Virus record (IMG/VR): IMGVR_UViG_2744054962_000001
Strand: one strand, 5' to 3'
Source of the DNA: a virus
Taxonomy: Duplodnaviria > Heunggongvirae > Uroviricota > Caudoviricetes
DNA: 64,000 nucleotides
Below, in pieces: positions 49,380 through 60,516 of the stretch; position 1 is the stretch's first letter, and the number at the start of each line of letters is the position of its first letter. The position numbers were made by a program, and so were the translations under genes. Under the pieces are notes generated by a model. That model was given only the letters and a program-made list of their open reading frames with translations. It had not been told where the DNA came from and searched no databases.

Positions 49380-49860
49380 ACCAACCACTGCGGTGAGTAG
49401 CCAGCTCACCGCATTCGTATCAGCTCATTATCCACCGTGGTCTGCAGTCCTCTCTTCCTACATATCTGCTAACCACTGTAGCGAGTAGACAGCCTTTCAT
49501 TCGCATCAAACAACCACTATGGTGAGTATTGGAGTGAGATGTCCAGCTGGTATCCACTATGGTGAGTAAGCCTTTGCTGTTTTCAGTGGATATCCACTCG
49601 CCACAGTGGATACGCTCAAAGATGAGGGCGACAACAACCACTATAGACAGTGAATTTTCCAAGATACCCAGTGACCACTAACCTCGCAGCCCTTGTTTCA
49701 TCAGTGTTAGTGATCACTAACATTTAATTCAGTATTTGCATTCTACTGCCTACAGTGGTTATCAACAGATAACGATACTCACTATAGTGGATAGCGAATT
49801 ACAGATATAAGTAAGGCTCACTACAGTGGATAGTGAGCCTTACTACTAACTACAGTGGTT
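49380..49860. repeat. iteron array downstream of repA (candidate copy-control/incompatibility locus)
   Basis: at least 10 copies in both orientations of a CCACTATAG / CTATAGTGG(AT) core, e.g. CCACTGCGGTGAG, CCACTATGGTGAG, CACTATAGTGGATAG, CTACAGTGGATAG. Confidence 0.6.
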
Positions 49861-49863
49861 GGG

Positions 49864-50919
49864 CTATTTGCGAGTCTTTGCCTTGCGCAACTCTTCGAGA
49901 AGCGCCAGTTCTTCTTTACTCAACATGACCATTTTGCCTTCTTTTTCGTCAGGCACAACGTCGATAATGTCATCTTGATTCTCATCTGGGAGGCTATATT
50001 CCGTCTCATCATTATCGATTTTTGTTGATATTTGTGCCTGGCGTAACTTTGGCCGCCTATAGTGGATGATGAAGTAGACCGAGTTTCCGCGCTTAACTTC
50101 CGTGTAATCGAGATATCCTATCTCTCGCAGCTGTTCCATAGCCTTTCTTACCGTCGCATTCTGAGTAATAGTGCGACTTGTCAGATTAAGTCTGGCGCGT
50201 AAACGAGCTAGTGATATTGGTGCCGGATCAGGCGGCAAACTTTCAATAAAAGTATAAAGCGCCTGAGCGGATTCTTTTCTTGAGAGTTCGTTTATAGCCC
50301 GGAGTTGCAGAAGAACCTTTTTGTCGAACTGGTAGAGTTCGAAAATCTTGGGATCTGCTTTCAGTTCGACCGTATCGTGCTTGACACTATATTTTGCCGT
50401 TTGCACAAGATGCGTTACGTAAAACTCATCAGAGCCTTTGCTACGGAACGAGATGGTATTTGTGGCAATACGGCTTAGCGAACTGTCCAGGCGTTTGCGT
50501 AACTTCGCTGATGACCTGGCGGTCGGAATGCCACACAGCCTTACAAACTCAACGAACGGCAACGTGACAGTATCGCCAACGACCTTGTGTTTGGCAAACG
50601 CGTGGATTATTCCCACCCACGTTTTAAAGTCGTTATCCATATCAAGCCGAAGGCCAGAGATCCTTATGTCTTCGTACCCTTCGGCTTTTGCCAGAGACAG
50701 CTGTTTGAGTTCAGCAGAGGCATCCATAGAGACCATTTGCCCCTTTCTTCCTCTGGATGTCGATTTCAGCGTCGGAACGAAGAGGCCCAGACGCATCAAA
50801 GCAACAGGCTGAACAGTGTTATTAGTGTTAGGAACCAACGTAACAACTTCGCCTGTCTTTTTATCTGTTTCTGAAAATGCTTCAACGATCGCTATGTTTT
50901 TATTGCCGTTTTCGCTCAT
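49864..50919 (-). CDS. repA: plasmid-type replication initiator RepA
   Basis: 351 aa; gene flanked on both sides by iteron arrays and upstream DnaA box, the classic iteron-replicon layout; protein identity not searched. Confidence 0.55.
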   Translation of the reverse strand: MSENGNKNIAIVEAFSETDKKTGEVVTLVPNTNNTVQPVALMRLGLFVPTLKSTSRGRKGQMVSMDASAELKQLSLAKAEGYEDIRISGLRLDMDNDFKTWVGIIHAFAKHKVVGDTVTLPFVEFVRLCGIPTARSSAKLRKRLDSSLSRIATNTISFRSKGSDEFYVTHLVQTAKYSVKHDTVELKADPKIFELYQFDKKVLLQLRAINELSRKESAQALYTFIESLPPDPAPISLARLRARLNLTSRTITQNATVRKAMEQLREIGYLDYTEVKRGNSVYFIIHYRRPKLRQAQISTKIDNDETEYSLPDENQDDIIDVVPDEKEGKMVMLSKEELALLEELRKAKTRK

Positions 50920-50939
50920 TCCAAATGTCTCTTGTTATT

Positions 50940-51600
50940 CGACGGCTTTGGTGGCCTTTGCTGATTACAGTGGATAGTAGCACTCATCACAGCGGTTATC
51001 CTACCGTCTATAGTGGTTTTTCTCCTCTCTATAGTGGTTGCTTTGCTCCCTATAGTGGATTATTCGCTCTCTATAGTGGATATCGATCATGTCTGAAGGC
51101 AGATGGCGCAACGGTTTGAGGTGGGCGGGGATCTTATTGGGTCTTTATGGGTCTCTTTGGTTCTCTTTGTGATCTGAATTACTGGATCGGGCCTGTGGAT
51201 AAAATCAGAGGATTTCAAGAACAGGTAACTCTACTCTTCTGTGGATATTTAAGGACATAAGAATCATGACTAAGAGTAGAGTTTAAAATATATCTATGTA
51301 TATCAGTATGTTAATGAAGAATTAAGTCATTAAGTTATCCATAAAAGACAATGTGCTCTACTCTCTACAGTGGATATATACAGCTCTCCAGAGTGGTTGT
51401 TTTACTCTTCATAGCGGTTATTCAGCTCTCTACAGAGGTTTCTTTGCTCTCCATAGTGGATGGCAACACCCTTTCAGACCAGTAACCGCAACGGCTAGAG
51501 GCGATCGGGGATCTCTTTGGATCTTCTATTTGATCTTACTTGGGATCTCTTATTTGGATCTATCCAGTGGATAACTGGGATAAGTAAAACAGGCAAATGC
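50940..51600. other. candidate plasmid origin: iterons at about 21-22 bp spacing, DnaA box, AT-rich segment, GATC cluster
   Basis: repeats CTCTATAGTGGWT at roughly 51006, 51027, 51049, 51069 and 51362-51455; TGTGGATAA (DnaA box) near 51193; GATC-rich stretch 51500-51560; AT-rich 51240-51350. Confidence 0.55.
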
Positions 51601-51661
51601 AGATTAAGGTATGCCTAATGAGTTATCGTAGCATCGGCCAATAACTACTGAAAAAACGATT

Positions 51662-52306
51662 ATGGATCTAAAACGCACGCGCTGGGTTCGTCGTCTTGAG
51701 GACGGCTCCTACACTATCGAATCAAATTCCAACCTGAATAAGCAGAAGTTGCTTTGTGACATCTGCGGTATAGCGGCGAAGTGCCCGATCTACGAAACCA
51801 GAATTAAACTTGATAAGGCTGGTGTGAATTTTCATTTAAACAGTTGCATCAGGTACGTTCCATTGCTCGCATTTCGTAAACCGATCATCGGATTGGATGC
51901 ACCCTACTTCAACACACTCCGTTCAGGTGTGACGTGGCAAGATCGTTTATCACCAGACAAGCTGATTTGCCTTGTATCCGCAGACACAGGGAAAATCATC
52001 CGTTTTGGGAAAGTAGACAAGGTTTACTCAGGCCCAGTAGACGAAATGTTGCGGAAACACAGCCGGTTTAATCATCTCTGTATGGGTGGTGAGAAAATCG
52101 AGAAGGTAGAAGAAGTGATCCGCAAATCCTACGGACACTTCCTGACCAAAGATAGCCTGCTCACCGCAATCTACATCAGACATGTAAAACGTGAGTTCGA
52201 CCTCGAATACCACAGTGAAGAAGAGCTTAACCTTGTTGACCCACGTCCAAAAGCTGGCGTCATAAGCATAAACGCAGCGCGTAAAAAGCCCACTGAGACG
52301 TTTTAA
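51662..52306 (+). CDS. hypothetical protein
   Basis: 214 aa, several Cys, no recognised motif. Confidence 0.3.
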   Translation: MDLKRTRWVRRLEDGSYTIESNSNLNKQKLLCDICGIAAKCPIYETRIKLDKAGVNFHLNSCIRYVPLLAFRKPIIGLDAPYFNTLRSGVTWQDRLSPDKLICLVSADTGKIIRFGKVDKVYSGPVDEMLRKHSRFNHLCMGGEKIEKVEEVIRKSYGHFLTKDSLLTAIYIRHVKREFDLEYHSEEELNLVDPRPKAGVISINAARKKPTETF

Positions 52307-52381
52307 ACGTAATCTCAGGGTTTAACCGAGGCATAAAATATGGTGCATTAGAAAGACACTGAGGGCTTTTAGGATTAATAC

Positions 52382-52822
52382 ATGAGTGAATTTTATTCAA
52401 GGGCAGCAACTGTGACAGACATGCCTTTTATCATGGCTGAGTTCGAGGACGGCGCACGCAAAGGTCACTTCTACGAAGAGATCCTCACATCAAAGGGGGG
52501 GTAAAACCTTTGAGCAGCAGACCAGACTGGCAATCAAGACGAACGAGCGGGGCCAATACTCCGGGCATTTTATCTACATCCTGCTGCATCGTTCTGATGA
52601 CAAAAAGTAGGACTAATCTGGTTCTGTGCCGCACTCGATCCGACTGGCGCACCTTGACTTGAACTCCGTGCCGTCAGTATTGTCAAAGAGCTTCGCGGAA
52701 AAGGCTATGGGTCAATGCTGGTGTCCGACATGATCGCATCAAACCCTAGTCAGCCGATGATGGCAAAGTGCTACGTCAAATCCTCGCAAATGGCCGACAT
52801 GCTGTTTCGCGACCCAAAATAA
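52382..52822 (+). pseudogene. disrupted GNAT acetyltransferase gene (frameshifts, includes poly-G tract)
   Basis: reading across three frames gives MSEFYSRAATVTDMPFIMAEFEDGARKGHFYEEILTSKGG*, ...FIYILLHRSDDKK*, ...VKELRGKGYGSMLVSDMIASNPSQ... (GNAT motif A); no ORF of 60 aa or more on the track; G-run near 52493. Confidence 0.4.
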
Positions 52823-52853
52823 AAAGCACCCCATACGAGGTGCTCCTGAAGAA

Positions 52854-53357
52854 TTAATCACAAGTCGTTTTGCCCGTGCCGTCTGGGTACACGATTGATT
52901 CGCACGACTTGCCATTCAAGAAGCTGTAGCTGCGAATAGTACCGTCCGGATCGCGTTCTGTGTAAGACTCCAGCTTCTTCGGATCAGCGTTCTTACGGCG
53001 CACTTCTTTCAGCTCATATTGGGCCTTGTACATCTCCTTGTAGGCTTCCTCTATGCGTTTCATTTTGATCTCCTTTGCCTCTTTGCTGCCCAGATAAGCG
53101 GCCATTTCAAGATCACAGTTGAACCTGATTTTTGGGAATGAAGGCGCGTATCTACCCATGACTTTGGTTAAATCATTGTCGTTAGAGACATAATAGGCAT
53201 GGCTTCCACACAATTTGTCGGCTCTGTCTTGGGCAATTGCTACGCTTGAAGTGGAGTAAATATCAACGTACCCGCCAGCTGACTTTTCATCTTGAGGTGG
53301 TTTTGGTACGCATCCGATCAGAGCAATGGCCATCGTCCCTATAATTACGCGTTTCAC
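52854..53357 (-). CDS. hypothetical lipoprotein
   Basis: signal peptide with lipobox LIGC; 167 aa. Confidence 0.4.
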   Translation of the reverse strand: MKRVIIGTMAIALIGCVPKPPQDEKSAGGYVDIYSTSSVAIAQDRADKLCGSHAYYVSNDNDLTKVMGRYAPSFPKIRFNCDLEMAAYLGSKEAKEIKMKRIEEAYKEMYKAQYELKEVRRKNADPKKLESYTERDPDGTIRSYSFLNGKSCESIVYPDGTGKTTCD

Positions 53358-53583
53358 CGTCAGTTCTCCTTTTTCGTTTGGTTGTCATCATTAAGTGACT
53401 GCGATTATAGAGTGGCTTGTAACATCTAGAAGTCTTTGCTGTCCATAAAAATAGGTATTCACTTACCTATTAATTTGCCATAATCATGTGTCTGTGAACA
53501 TTCTTAATGGCCGTGTTATCTGGATTGTTCGCCTCTCAAACACACTTAATATCTGTATCAAAATAACCACAAAGGAAAAACAC

Positions 53584-54669
53584 ATGACTTTGCCATACGG
53601 CGTCATTTCTGACTGCCACTACCACAAATGGGATGCGTTCTCCACGACGAACGCTGAGGGGCTTAACTCCAGACTTGAAATACAGTTGGAAGCAACGAAA
53701 GAAGCAGCCATCGCCATGAAGAAGGCCGGTTGTAAGTACATGTTGGTTGCCGGTGATACATTTCACGTCCGAGGAACTGTGTCCCCTTCTGTTTTGCATT
53801 ACGTAACTGAAACGTACAAGTGGATTATCAACGAGCTTGATCTGACAGTAGTAATGCTGGCCGGTAATCACGATCTTGAAACCAACGATTCAGTATATAG
53901 CGCCAACGCAGCAGCATCGCTGAGTTCTATCGGCGTGGTAATCGTATGTGGCAAGCGCCCACACTCAATAAAAATTGGTGATGTGACTGTCCACCTGATT
54001 AGCTGGCGTAACAATCATGCGGAGCTTATCAGCGATCTGAAAGCATTACGTAAGAGCGTAGAAGGTGATAATCATGACGTTGTTATCCATACATCCATTA
54101 ACAAAGCCATTCCAACAATGCCTGACGTCGGTATCGATGCGCAGGAGTTAAAGGATATCGGCTTTCGTCTCGTGCTTAGTGGGCATTACCACAACCACAA
54201 AGAGGTCATTCCTGGAGTTATCAGTGTCGGTGCGCTGACCCATCAAAATTGGGGAGATGTTGGATCTCTGGCTGGTTACATGATCGTAAACCCGGACGGC
54301 TGTTTCAGTCACTACGAAACCAGTGCGCCTAAATTCATTAACCTGGAAGATTATGTTGCCGATGACCAAATTCGCGGCAACTACGTGCGTTTCCGCGCCG
54401 TAATTGAGAACGATGAAGAAGGCATTAAGTACCAGAACATCCTCAAAACAATGGGTGCAAAAGGTGTCGTATGCAACTTCATCCGTAAGTCATCAATGAT
54501 GGAAGGGACAGCAAGCACAACGGAAACCAGCAAAATCGATAGCCTGGGAGAGTCGGTATCTGCTTATTGCAAGATTGTCCACGATACTGACGGCGGATTT
54601 GATCTGAGCAAGTTGGATATTTTGTGTCAGGAAATCCTCACCGAAGCGGAGAGTTCGGAGGCTGTGTGA
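53584..54669 (+). CDS. sbcD: SbcD/Mre11-like metallophosphoesterase nuclease
   Basis: calcineurin-like motifs DCHYH, GDTFH, AGNHD, GHYH; start at internal Met preceded by AAAGGAAAAACACATG (track ORF starts 53488). Confidence 0.7.
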   Translation: MTLPYGVISDCHYHKWDAFSTTNAEGLNSRLEIQLEATKEAAIAMKKAGCKYMLVAGDTFHVRGTVSPSVLHYVTETYKWIINELDLTVVMLAGNHDLETNDSVYSANAAASLSSIGVVIVCGKRPHSIKIGDVTVHLISWRNNHAELISDLKALRKSVEGDNHDVVIHTSINKAIPTMPDVGIDAQELKDIGFRLVLSGHYHNHKEVIPGVISVGALTHQNWGDVGSLAGYMIVNPDGCFSHYETSAPKFINLEDYVADDQIRGNYVRFRAVIENDEEGIKYQNILKTMGAKGVVCNFIRKSSMMEGTASTTETSKIDSLGESVSAYCKIVHDTDGGFDLSKLDILCQEILTEAESSEAV

Positions 54670-54898
54670 GGCAAAGTCGTTATGGGAGCTTTCGAGACTT
54701 TGCCATCACGATGAAAAGACTTGAACGAGGCCAGACGGTGATGTTTCACAAGCCCTACCCGCCACAAGGAAATCCCGTAGCGTTTTATCTTGGAAGGTTA
54801 ACCAGAAAAGGCGTATTGAGACGCAGATCCTTCCCGGCGCATACGGAGTTCAGATTGAAAGAAGGTCAAAAGCTAACACACGGTATCAAAGGTGTTAT

Positions 54899-56815
54899 AT
54901 GAAGTTTTTAAAGCTCCAGGTTGAGAATTTTATGGCTATCGCCAGCGCGGAGGTCGAGTTAGATCAGCGTGGTTTAGTGCTCATTCAGGGTGTTAATAGT
55001 GATGATAGTTCCGCATCAAGTAATGGCTCTGGAAAGTCAACGCTAATGAATAGCCTGATGTGGTGTCTTTATGGCGAAACAGCTCATGGTGTGAAGGGTG
55101 ACGATGTGTTGTCTACCGACCATGAAAAGAACTGTCGTGTTGCAGTAACCATCGAGGATGAAGGCAAGAGATATGCGATCATTCGTCACCGTAAACACAA
55201 AGAGTTCAAAAATCGGCTTATCGTTCGTGGTGAAGACGGCGATATGACGAAAGGCAAAGATGCGCTGACGCAAGAGTTCGTCGAGCGTCTGATCGGTGCA
55301 TCTAAAGAGGTTTTCATGGCTTCCATCTATGCGAGCCAAGAAGCTATGCCAGATTTACCTGGAATGTCCGACAAAAACCTCAAAACCATCGTAGAAGAAG
55401 CCGCTGGCGTTGACAGACTGACACGCGCCTACGCTATTGCTCGTGAGCGAGCTAATGCAGCTGCCGCACGTATGGATGTGGTTAAAACCAAATTGGAGTC
55501 GACAATCTCGACCATTGAGGCAACACAGTCAGAAATTGAGTCAGCGAAAGCCTCCTCTGAATCATGGGAGCAAGAGCGTTCTAAACGTTATGACGATGCC
55601 CTGGCTGGGCTGGCCAGTGCCGAAGTTGAGTTAACGGAAGTTGAACTTGAGATCCGCACTCTTCCCGAACAGATCCGTGATACCGAGAAGGCAATCGAAA
55701 GTGAGCGCAAAAAGTTAGCCTCAAAAGAAGAACATGACGCCAAGTTGCTCAAAGTTCGTGGTGCGATAACTGATATTCGGGCAAGCATCAAAGCTACAGA
55801 AAATAGTCAGGCTGATGCAATGAACCGCGCGCGTAATTTTAAGACCAAAGCAGAAGAGGTTGGTACTAAAGTGGGATCACCATGCCCTACTTGTGGCAAA
55901 GCCTACTGCGAAGAAGATCTATCAACGGTGAAGGAGAATTTCATTGAACAAGCACGTCAGGAAATTGGTCAGGCGAAGACACTTGCAGAGGCAATGGCTA
56001 AACACAAAACGAATCTTGAGAAAGCGTTAAGCATTGAGTCTGCCCTTGTTAAAACGACACCTGATGTAACGGCTATCATTGCCCGGATTGAAGAGCTTAC
56101 GAAACAACTCTCATCTTTGCGTCATCGTGAGAAGGAGGTTGTTGCTATTGAGTCTCTTGTGACTCGTGCTCGTACTGAGGTCGATCGTATATCAAAAGAG
56201 ATTAATCCGTTTATTGCTCTTATCGCCAGACACGAAGATAACCTGGTATCCAGTAAGTCTACCTTCAAGTCCTTAAAAGATGAGTTGAAGGCTATTCAGG
56301 AACAAACGTTGCTATTGGAAAAAGCTCGTCAGGTCTACTCTCCTGCCGGGGTGCGTTCTCATATTTTGACGTCTGTTACGCCTTTCCTGAATACACGCAC
56401 TGCCGAGTATCTCAATACGTTGTCTGACGGGAATATTACTGCTGAGTGGTCGACGATGGATGTCACTAAAAAAGGTGAGTATCGCGACAAATTCAACATT
56501 AGTGTGCAGAAGAAAGGTTCAAGTAAGTCGTTCCAGACCCTCTCTGGTGGTGAGAAGCGGAAGGTTCGCATTGCGTGTTCTTTGGCATTGCAGGATCTGG
56601 TTAGTAACCGGGCGAGTAAAAACATCGATTTGTTTATCGGCGACGAAATTGACGATGCACTCGATACAGCCGGTCTTGAACGCCTCATGGGTATTCTGGA
56701 GTCCAAAGCTCGCGAGCGAGGTACTGTGCTGATTATCTCCCATAAAGAGATGAAGTCATGGTTCCGGGAAACTATTACGCTGGAAGTTAAAGAGGGGCGC
56801 AGCTATGTCGTTTAA
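54899..56815 (+). CDS. sbcC: SbcC/Rad50-like ATPase
   Basis: N-terminal Walker A NGSGKST, long coiled-coil with CPTCGK zinc-hook-like motif, C-terminal signature LSGGEKR and Walker B DEIDD. Confidence 0.75.
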   Translation: MKFLKLQVENFMAIASAEVELDQRGLVLIQGVNSDDSSASSNGSGKSTLMNSLMWCLYGETAHGVKGDDVLSTDHEKNCRVAVTIEDEGKRYAIIRHRKHKEFKNRLIVRGEDGDMTKGKDALTQEFVERLIGASKEVFMASIYASQEAMPDLPGMSDKNLKTIVEEAAGVDRLTRAYAIARERANAAAARMDVVKTKLESTISTIEATQSEIESAKASSESWEQERSKRYDDALAGLASAEVELTEVELEIRTLPEQIRDTEKAIESERKKLASKEEHDAKLLKVRGAITDIRASIKATENSQADAMNRARNFKTKAEEVGTKVGSPCPTCGKAYCEEDLSTVKENFIEQARQEIGQAKTLAEAMAKHKTNLEKALSIESALVKTTPDVTAIIARIEELTKQLSSLRHREKEVVAIESLVTRARTEVDRISKEINPFIALIARHEDNLVSSKSTFKSLKDELKAIQEQTLLLEKARQVYSPAGVRSHILTSVTPFLNTRTAEYLNTLSDGNITAEWSTMDVTKKGEYRDKFNISVQKKGSSKSFQTLSGGEKRKVRIACSLALQDLVSNRASKNIDLFIGDEIDDALDTAGLERLMGILESKARERGTVLIISHKEMKSWFRETITLEVKEGRSYVV

Positions 56816-57548
56816 ATTAAGCCGCTCGCAGTTTTTGCAGGTATTTGCAGTGATGCAGTCGATAAAACTGATCAATGGGCATACTTCCAATGGTGCGGCT
56901 CCACGTATTCTGTGGGGCAGCAACAATATTGACGGAGTACAATTCGCCGCGTTGCTTGGTCTAATATCCGAGACGCCATTGATGCAAAGTTTGAAATCAC
57001 TACCACCTGGATGTATTGCGCCGATCCTGATTAATCCTTTTGTTGAGGGGGGATATCTTCCCAACGTCGGGCCTGGGTTTATTGCATCCCATGAAACTGA
57101 AGATCTTAACATTAATAGCGAAGGGTTCTTTGGGGGAATGGGTGCGCATCACTGTATGGCTTTCACGAACCTTATTCGACTTGCCAATAAGCGGGTGGAT
57201 AGTTTGGCATCGCAAGGTGATGCTTTTACTGGTTTCCTTATCCAAAGGAGGGATAAAAAGTACAGTGCGGACAAACTACAGTTTGTTGGTAAGTATGGAG
57301 AAATGGTAGAAATCGAACTTCAGCTCCCTCATGTTTTAGCAAACGATAGTGCAGACAGTCGGAGGCTATTGGGCATCATGCGTCATTTCATAGCAAGTGG
57401 TGTTAAACATGCCGCAGATAAACGTGTCACGCAGGAAAATGAGTATTCAGACTTTGCAAACTATCCCCAACCAACGTTGCAAACGGCAATAGTAGCCAAT
57501 TCGTTGGAGGCGAGATTATTGGAAAACCCTATATGGGGAACATGGTAA
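56805..57548 (+). CDS. hypothetical protein
   Basis: 247 aa, coupled to sbcC-like gene. Confidence 0.3.
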   Translation: MSFKLSRSQFLQVFAVMQSIKLINGHTSNGAAPRILWGSNNIDGVQFAALLGLISETPLMQSLKSLPPGCIAPILINPFVEGGYLPNVGPGFIASHETEDLNINSEGFFGGMGAHHCMAFTNLIRLANKRVDSLASQGDAFTGFLIQRRDKKYSADKLQFVGKYGEMVEIELQLPHVLANDSADSRRLLGIMRHFIASGVKHAADKRVTQENEYSDFANYPQPTLQTAIVANSLEARLLENPIWGTW

Positions 57549-57557
57549 GGAGACTAT

Positions 57558-58127
57558 ATGAGTAAAAAAATCAGCGTAGTTGGTGTTGATCCCTCAATGA
57601 GCAACTTTGGGCTTGCTGTGGGCACTTTAGACCTTGAGACGGACGAACTTGAGATTCACGGCCTTACTCTTGTTGAGACTAAAGCGGGGAGTAACAAAAA
57701 GACCGTTCGTGTGAACAGTGACGATCTGCGCCGCGCCAGTGAAATATGGCGTGTTGCGAAGCCAATCATTGATAAGGCAAATATGGTTTTTTGTGAGCTA
57801 CCGGTTGGGAGCCAAAACTCTCGTTCGCAGACGTCTTACGGTATTTGTATCGGTGTACTTGCGTGTGTGGATAAGCCATTGATCCAGGTTACTCCAAACG
57901 AAATCAAGCATTTTGTCGGCAATAAACTTACTACATCGAAAGAAGAGATTATCCAGTGGGCTACGAAAAAACACCCTAAAGCACCGTGGCTGCGTCGTAA
58001 GCAATCTGGACAGGATGTTCTCGTGAACAAAAACGAACATTTGGCTGATGCGGTGGCTGCCATCCATACCGGTATGCAAACAGATCAGTTCCGCCAGGTG
58101 CGCGATGTTCTTAAGTCTCTCATTTGA
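57558..58127 (+). CDS. RuvC-like Holliday junction resolvase
   Basis: N-terminal VVGVDPSMSNFGLAVG and later acidic residues consistent with RNase H-fold resolvase. Confidence 0.5.
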   Translation: MSKKISVVGVDPSMSNFGLAVGTLDLETDELEIHGLTLVETKAGSNKKTVRVNSDDLRRASEIWRVAKPIIDKANMVFCELPVGSQNSRSQTSYGICIGVLACVDKPLIQVTPNEIKHFVGNKLTTSKEEIIQWATKKHPKAPWLRRKQSGQDVLVNKNEHLADAVAAIHTGMQTDQFRQVRDVLKSLI

Positions 58128-58200
58128 TTTCATTGATAGGTAAGTGCTTATCTATTAACATGGGCCACTATATTTAGTGGCCCTCTTTATTTGGTGATAC

Positions 58201-60516
58201 ATGATAAGCATCGTAAAACGTAACGGCCAAACAGAGCCGTTATCCGAAGAAAAATACAACCGCGTCGTAATGTATGGCGTAGAAGGCATTCGTGGTGTAA
58301 GCGCATCCGCTGTAGCAATGGGAGCTGCGGCCAGCATTTTTGATGGGATTACCACCAGCCAGTTGCATGAGGCTTTGGTTAAATCTGCCGCTGATTTGAT
58401 CTCACCAGAAGCACCAAATTACTCACAGGTGGCTGCCCGCCTGAACATTTTTAAAATCCGCAAAGATGCCTTCGGTCGTTACGACTATCCGAACTTCTAC
58501 CAACACATTGTCAAGAACGTTAACAAGGGCGTTTATGACAAGGATTTGCTGACACATTATTCGTTTGAAGAGATCGAAGAACTCGGCAATTACATTAAGC
58601 CGAAACGTGACGATCTTTTTGGCTATGCAGCTACGGTGCAGTTGCAAAGCAAATACCTCGTTCAAAACCGTGTTACTGGTGAGATTCATGAGGGGCCGCA
58701 ACATATCTATATGCTGGTAGGCATGTGTCTGTTCCAGAATTGGGAAGACGACTGCGCTGGCAAAACACGTATGGAGATGGTCAAAGGTTTCTATGACGTT
58801 ACAAGTACGTTCAAACTGTCTCTGCCCACACCAATCATGGCCGGCGTCCGTACTCCAACCCGTCAGTTCTCCAGTTGTGTGCTGATTGAGTCTGGCGATA
58901 GTCTGAAAGGGATTAGTGCAGCTTCAGCCGCAATTATCGACTACGTTTCACGTCGTGCTGGAATTGGTATTGGTTTTGGCCGTATCCGTGCGCTGGGCAG
59001 CGAGATCCGCAATGGTGAAGCCACCCATACCGGAGTTATTCCATTCCTGAAGCATTTCCAGACGGCTGTTAAATCTTGTTCGCAAGGTGGTGTTCGTGGT
59101 GGCGCAGCAACAGCGTTTTACCCGATCTGGCATCTTGAAGTTGAAAGTCTGCTGGTGGTGAAAAATAACCGTGGTATTGATGAAAACCGCGTTCGCCATC
59201 TTGATTACGGCGTCATGAGTAACCGTCTAATGTACCGTCGACTCGTCAGAAGCGAGAACATCACTCTGTTCAGCCCGCATGATGTGCCTGATATGTACGA
59301 AGCCTTCTTCACAGACCAGGAGCTGTTTGAAAAGCTGTACCATAAATACGAAGCCGATGATTCAATTCGCAAGAAGTCAGTACCTGCCATTGAGCTGTTC
59401 TCATCTCTGATGCAGGAACGAGCGTCCACGGGCCGAATTTATATTGCGAACGTCGATCATATTAACGAGCATGGCGCTTTCATTCCTGCTCTTGCACCTG
59501 TTCGCCAGTCAAACCTGTGCATGGAGATCACTCTACCCACTCGTCCACTGGCATTTACCGACGACCCGAACGGTGAGATCGCGCTATGCACTTTATCCGC
59601 TTTTAACCTCGGAGCCATCCGTTCACTGGAGTCTCTTAAAGAGGTGGCGTTCTATGCCGTTGCTGCACTGGATTCGTTACTGGATTATCAAGACTATCCG
59701 ATGGAGGCAGCCGAAGTGCCTGCCAAAGCTCGTCGTAGCTTGGGAATTGGTGTAACCAACTTTGCTTATTACCTGGCAAAGAATGGCGTTCGTTATTCTG
59801 ATACCGCTGGCAATAAACTGGTGCATGAAACGTTCGAAGCTATCCAGTATTACCTTCTTGATGCCAGCTGCCGACTTGCTGAAGCAAAAGGTGAGTGTGA
59901 CTGGTTTGAGCAGACCAAGTACGCAATTGGTCAGTTGCCGATCGACCATTACCGTTCTTCATTAGACGAAAGTGGCGAAACCAACTTTGAGTTAAAGATG
60001 CCGTGGGAAGAACTGCGTGAACGTATTGCAAAATACGGCCTTCGCAACTCCACACTGACGGCACAAATGCCATGCGAGACTTCCAGCCAGATCACTAATT
60101 CCACCAACGGCATCGAACCGCCTCGTGGACCGGTGTCGGTGAAATCTTCTAAGGACGGCATCGTTAAGATGGTCGTGCCTGAGTTTGAAAAACTGAAGGA
60201 ACAGTATGAATACCTGTGGGATATGCCGGACAACCGCGGCTATCTGACAAAGGTGGCGATCATCCAGAAGTTCTTTGACCAGGCTATTTCAGCCAATACC
60301 AACTATGACCCTTCTCGCTTTGAAGGCGATAAAGTCCCAATGATGACGCTACTGTCAGATTTGCTTCTCGCCTACAAGATGGGAGTTAAAACGCTTTACT
60401 ACCACAACACCAGAGATGGGGCAGGAAAGCGTGATGACGACGAACCGCAGAATCCACTGACGCAAGCTGTAGCCGTCGAGCCAGAAGATGAGTGCGACGG
60501 AGCCTGCAAAATCTGA
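58201..60516 (+). CDS. nrdA: ribonucleoside-diphosphate reductase alpha subunit (class Ia)
   Basis: 771 aa; N-terminal ATP-cone, conserved active-site region (SNLCMEI) and radical-transfer Tyr pair near C-terminus. Confidence 0.9.
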   Translation: MISIVKRNGQTEPLSEEKYNRVVMYGVEGIRGVSASAVAMGAAASIFDGITTSQLHEALVKSAADLISPEAPNYSQVAARLNIFKIRKDAFGRYDYPNFYQHIVKNVNKGVYDKDLLTHYSFEEIEELGNYIKPKRDDLFGYAATVQLQSKYLVQNRVTGEIHEGPQHIYMLVGMCLFQNWEDDCAGKTRMEMVKGFYDVTSTFKLSLPTPIMAGVRTPTRQFSSCVLIESGDSLKGISAASAAIIDYVSRRAGIGIGFGRIRALGSEIRNGEATHTGVIPFLKHFQTAVKSCSQGGVRGGAATAFYPIWHLEVESLLVVKNNRGIDENRVRHLDYGVMSNRLMYRRLVRSENITLFSPHDVPDMYEAFFTDQELFEKLYHKYEADDSIRKKSVPAIELFSSLMQERASTGRIYIANVDHINEHGAFIPALAPVRQSNLCMEITLPTRPLAFTDDPNGEIALCTLSAFNLGAIRSLESLKEVAFYAVAALDSLLDYQDYPMEAAEVPAKARRSLGIGVTNFAYYLAKNGVRYSDTAGNKLVHETFEAIQYYLLDASCRLAEAKGECDWFEQTKYAIGQLPIDHYRSSLDESGETNFELKMPWEELRERIAKYGLRNSTLTAQMPCETSSQITNSTNGIEPPRGPVSVKSSKDGIVKMVVPEFEKLKEQYEYLWDMPDNRGYLTKVAIIQKFFDQAISANTNYDPSRFEGDKVPMMTLLSDLLLAYKMGVKTLYYHNTRDGAGKRDDDEPQNPLTQAVAVEPEDECDGACKI

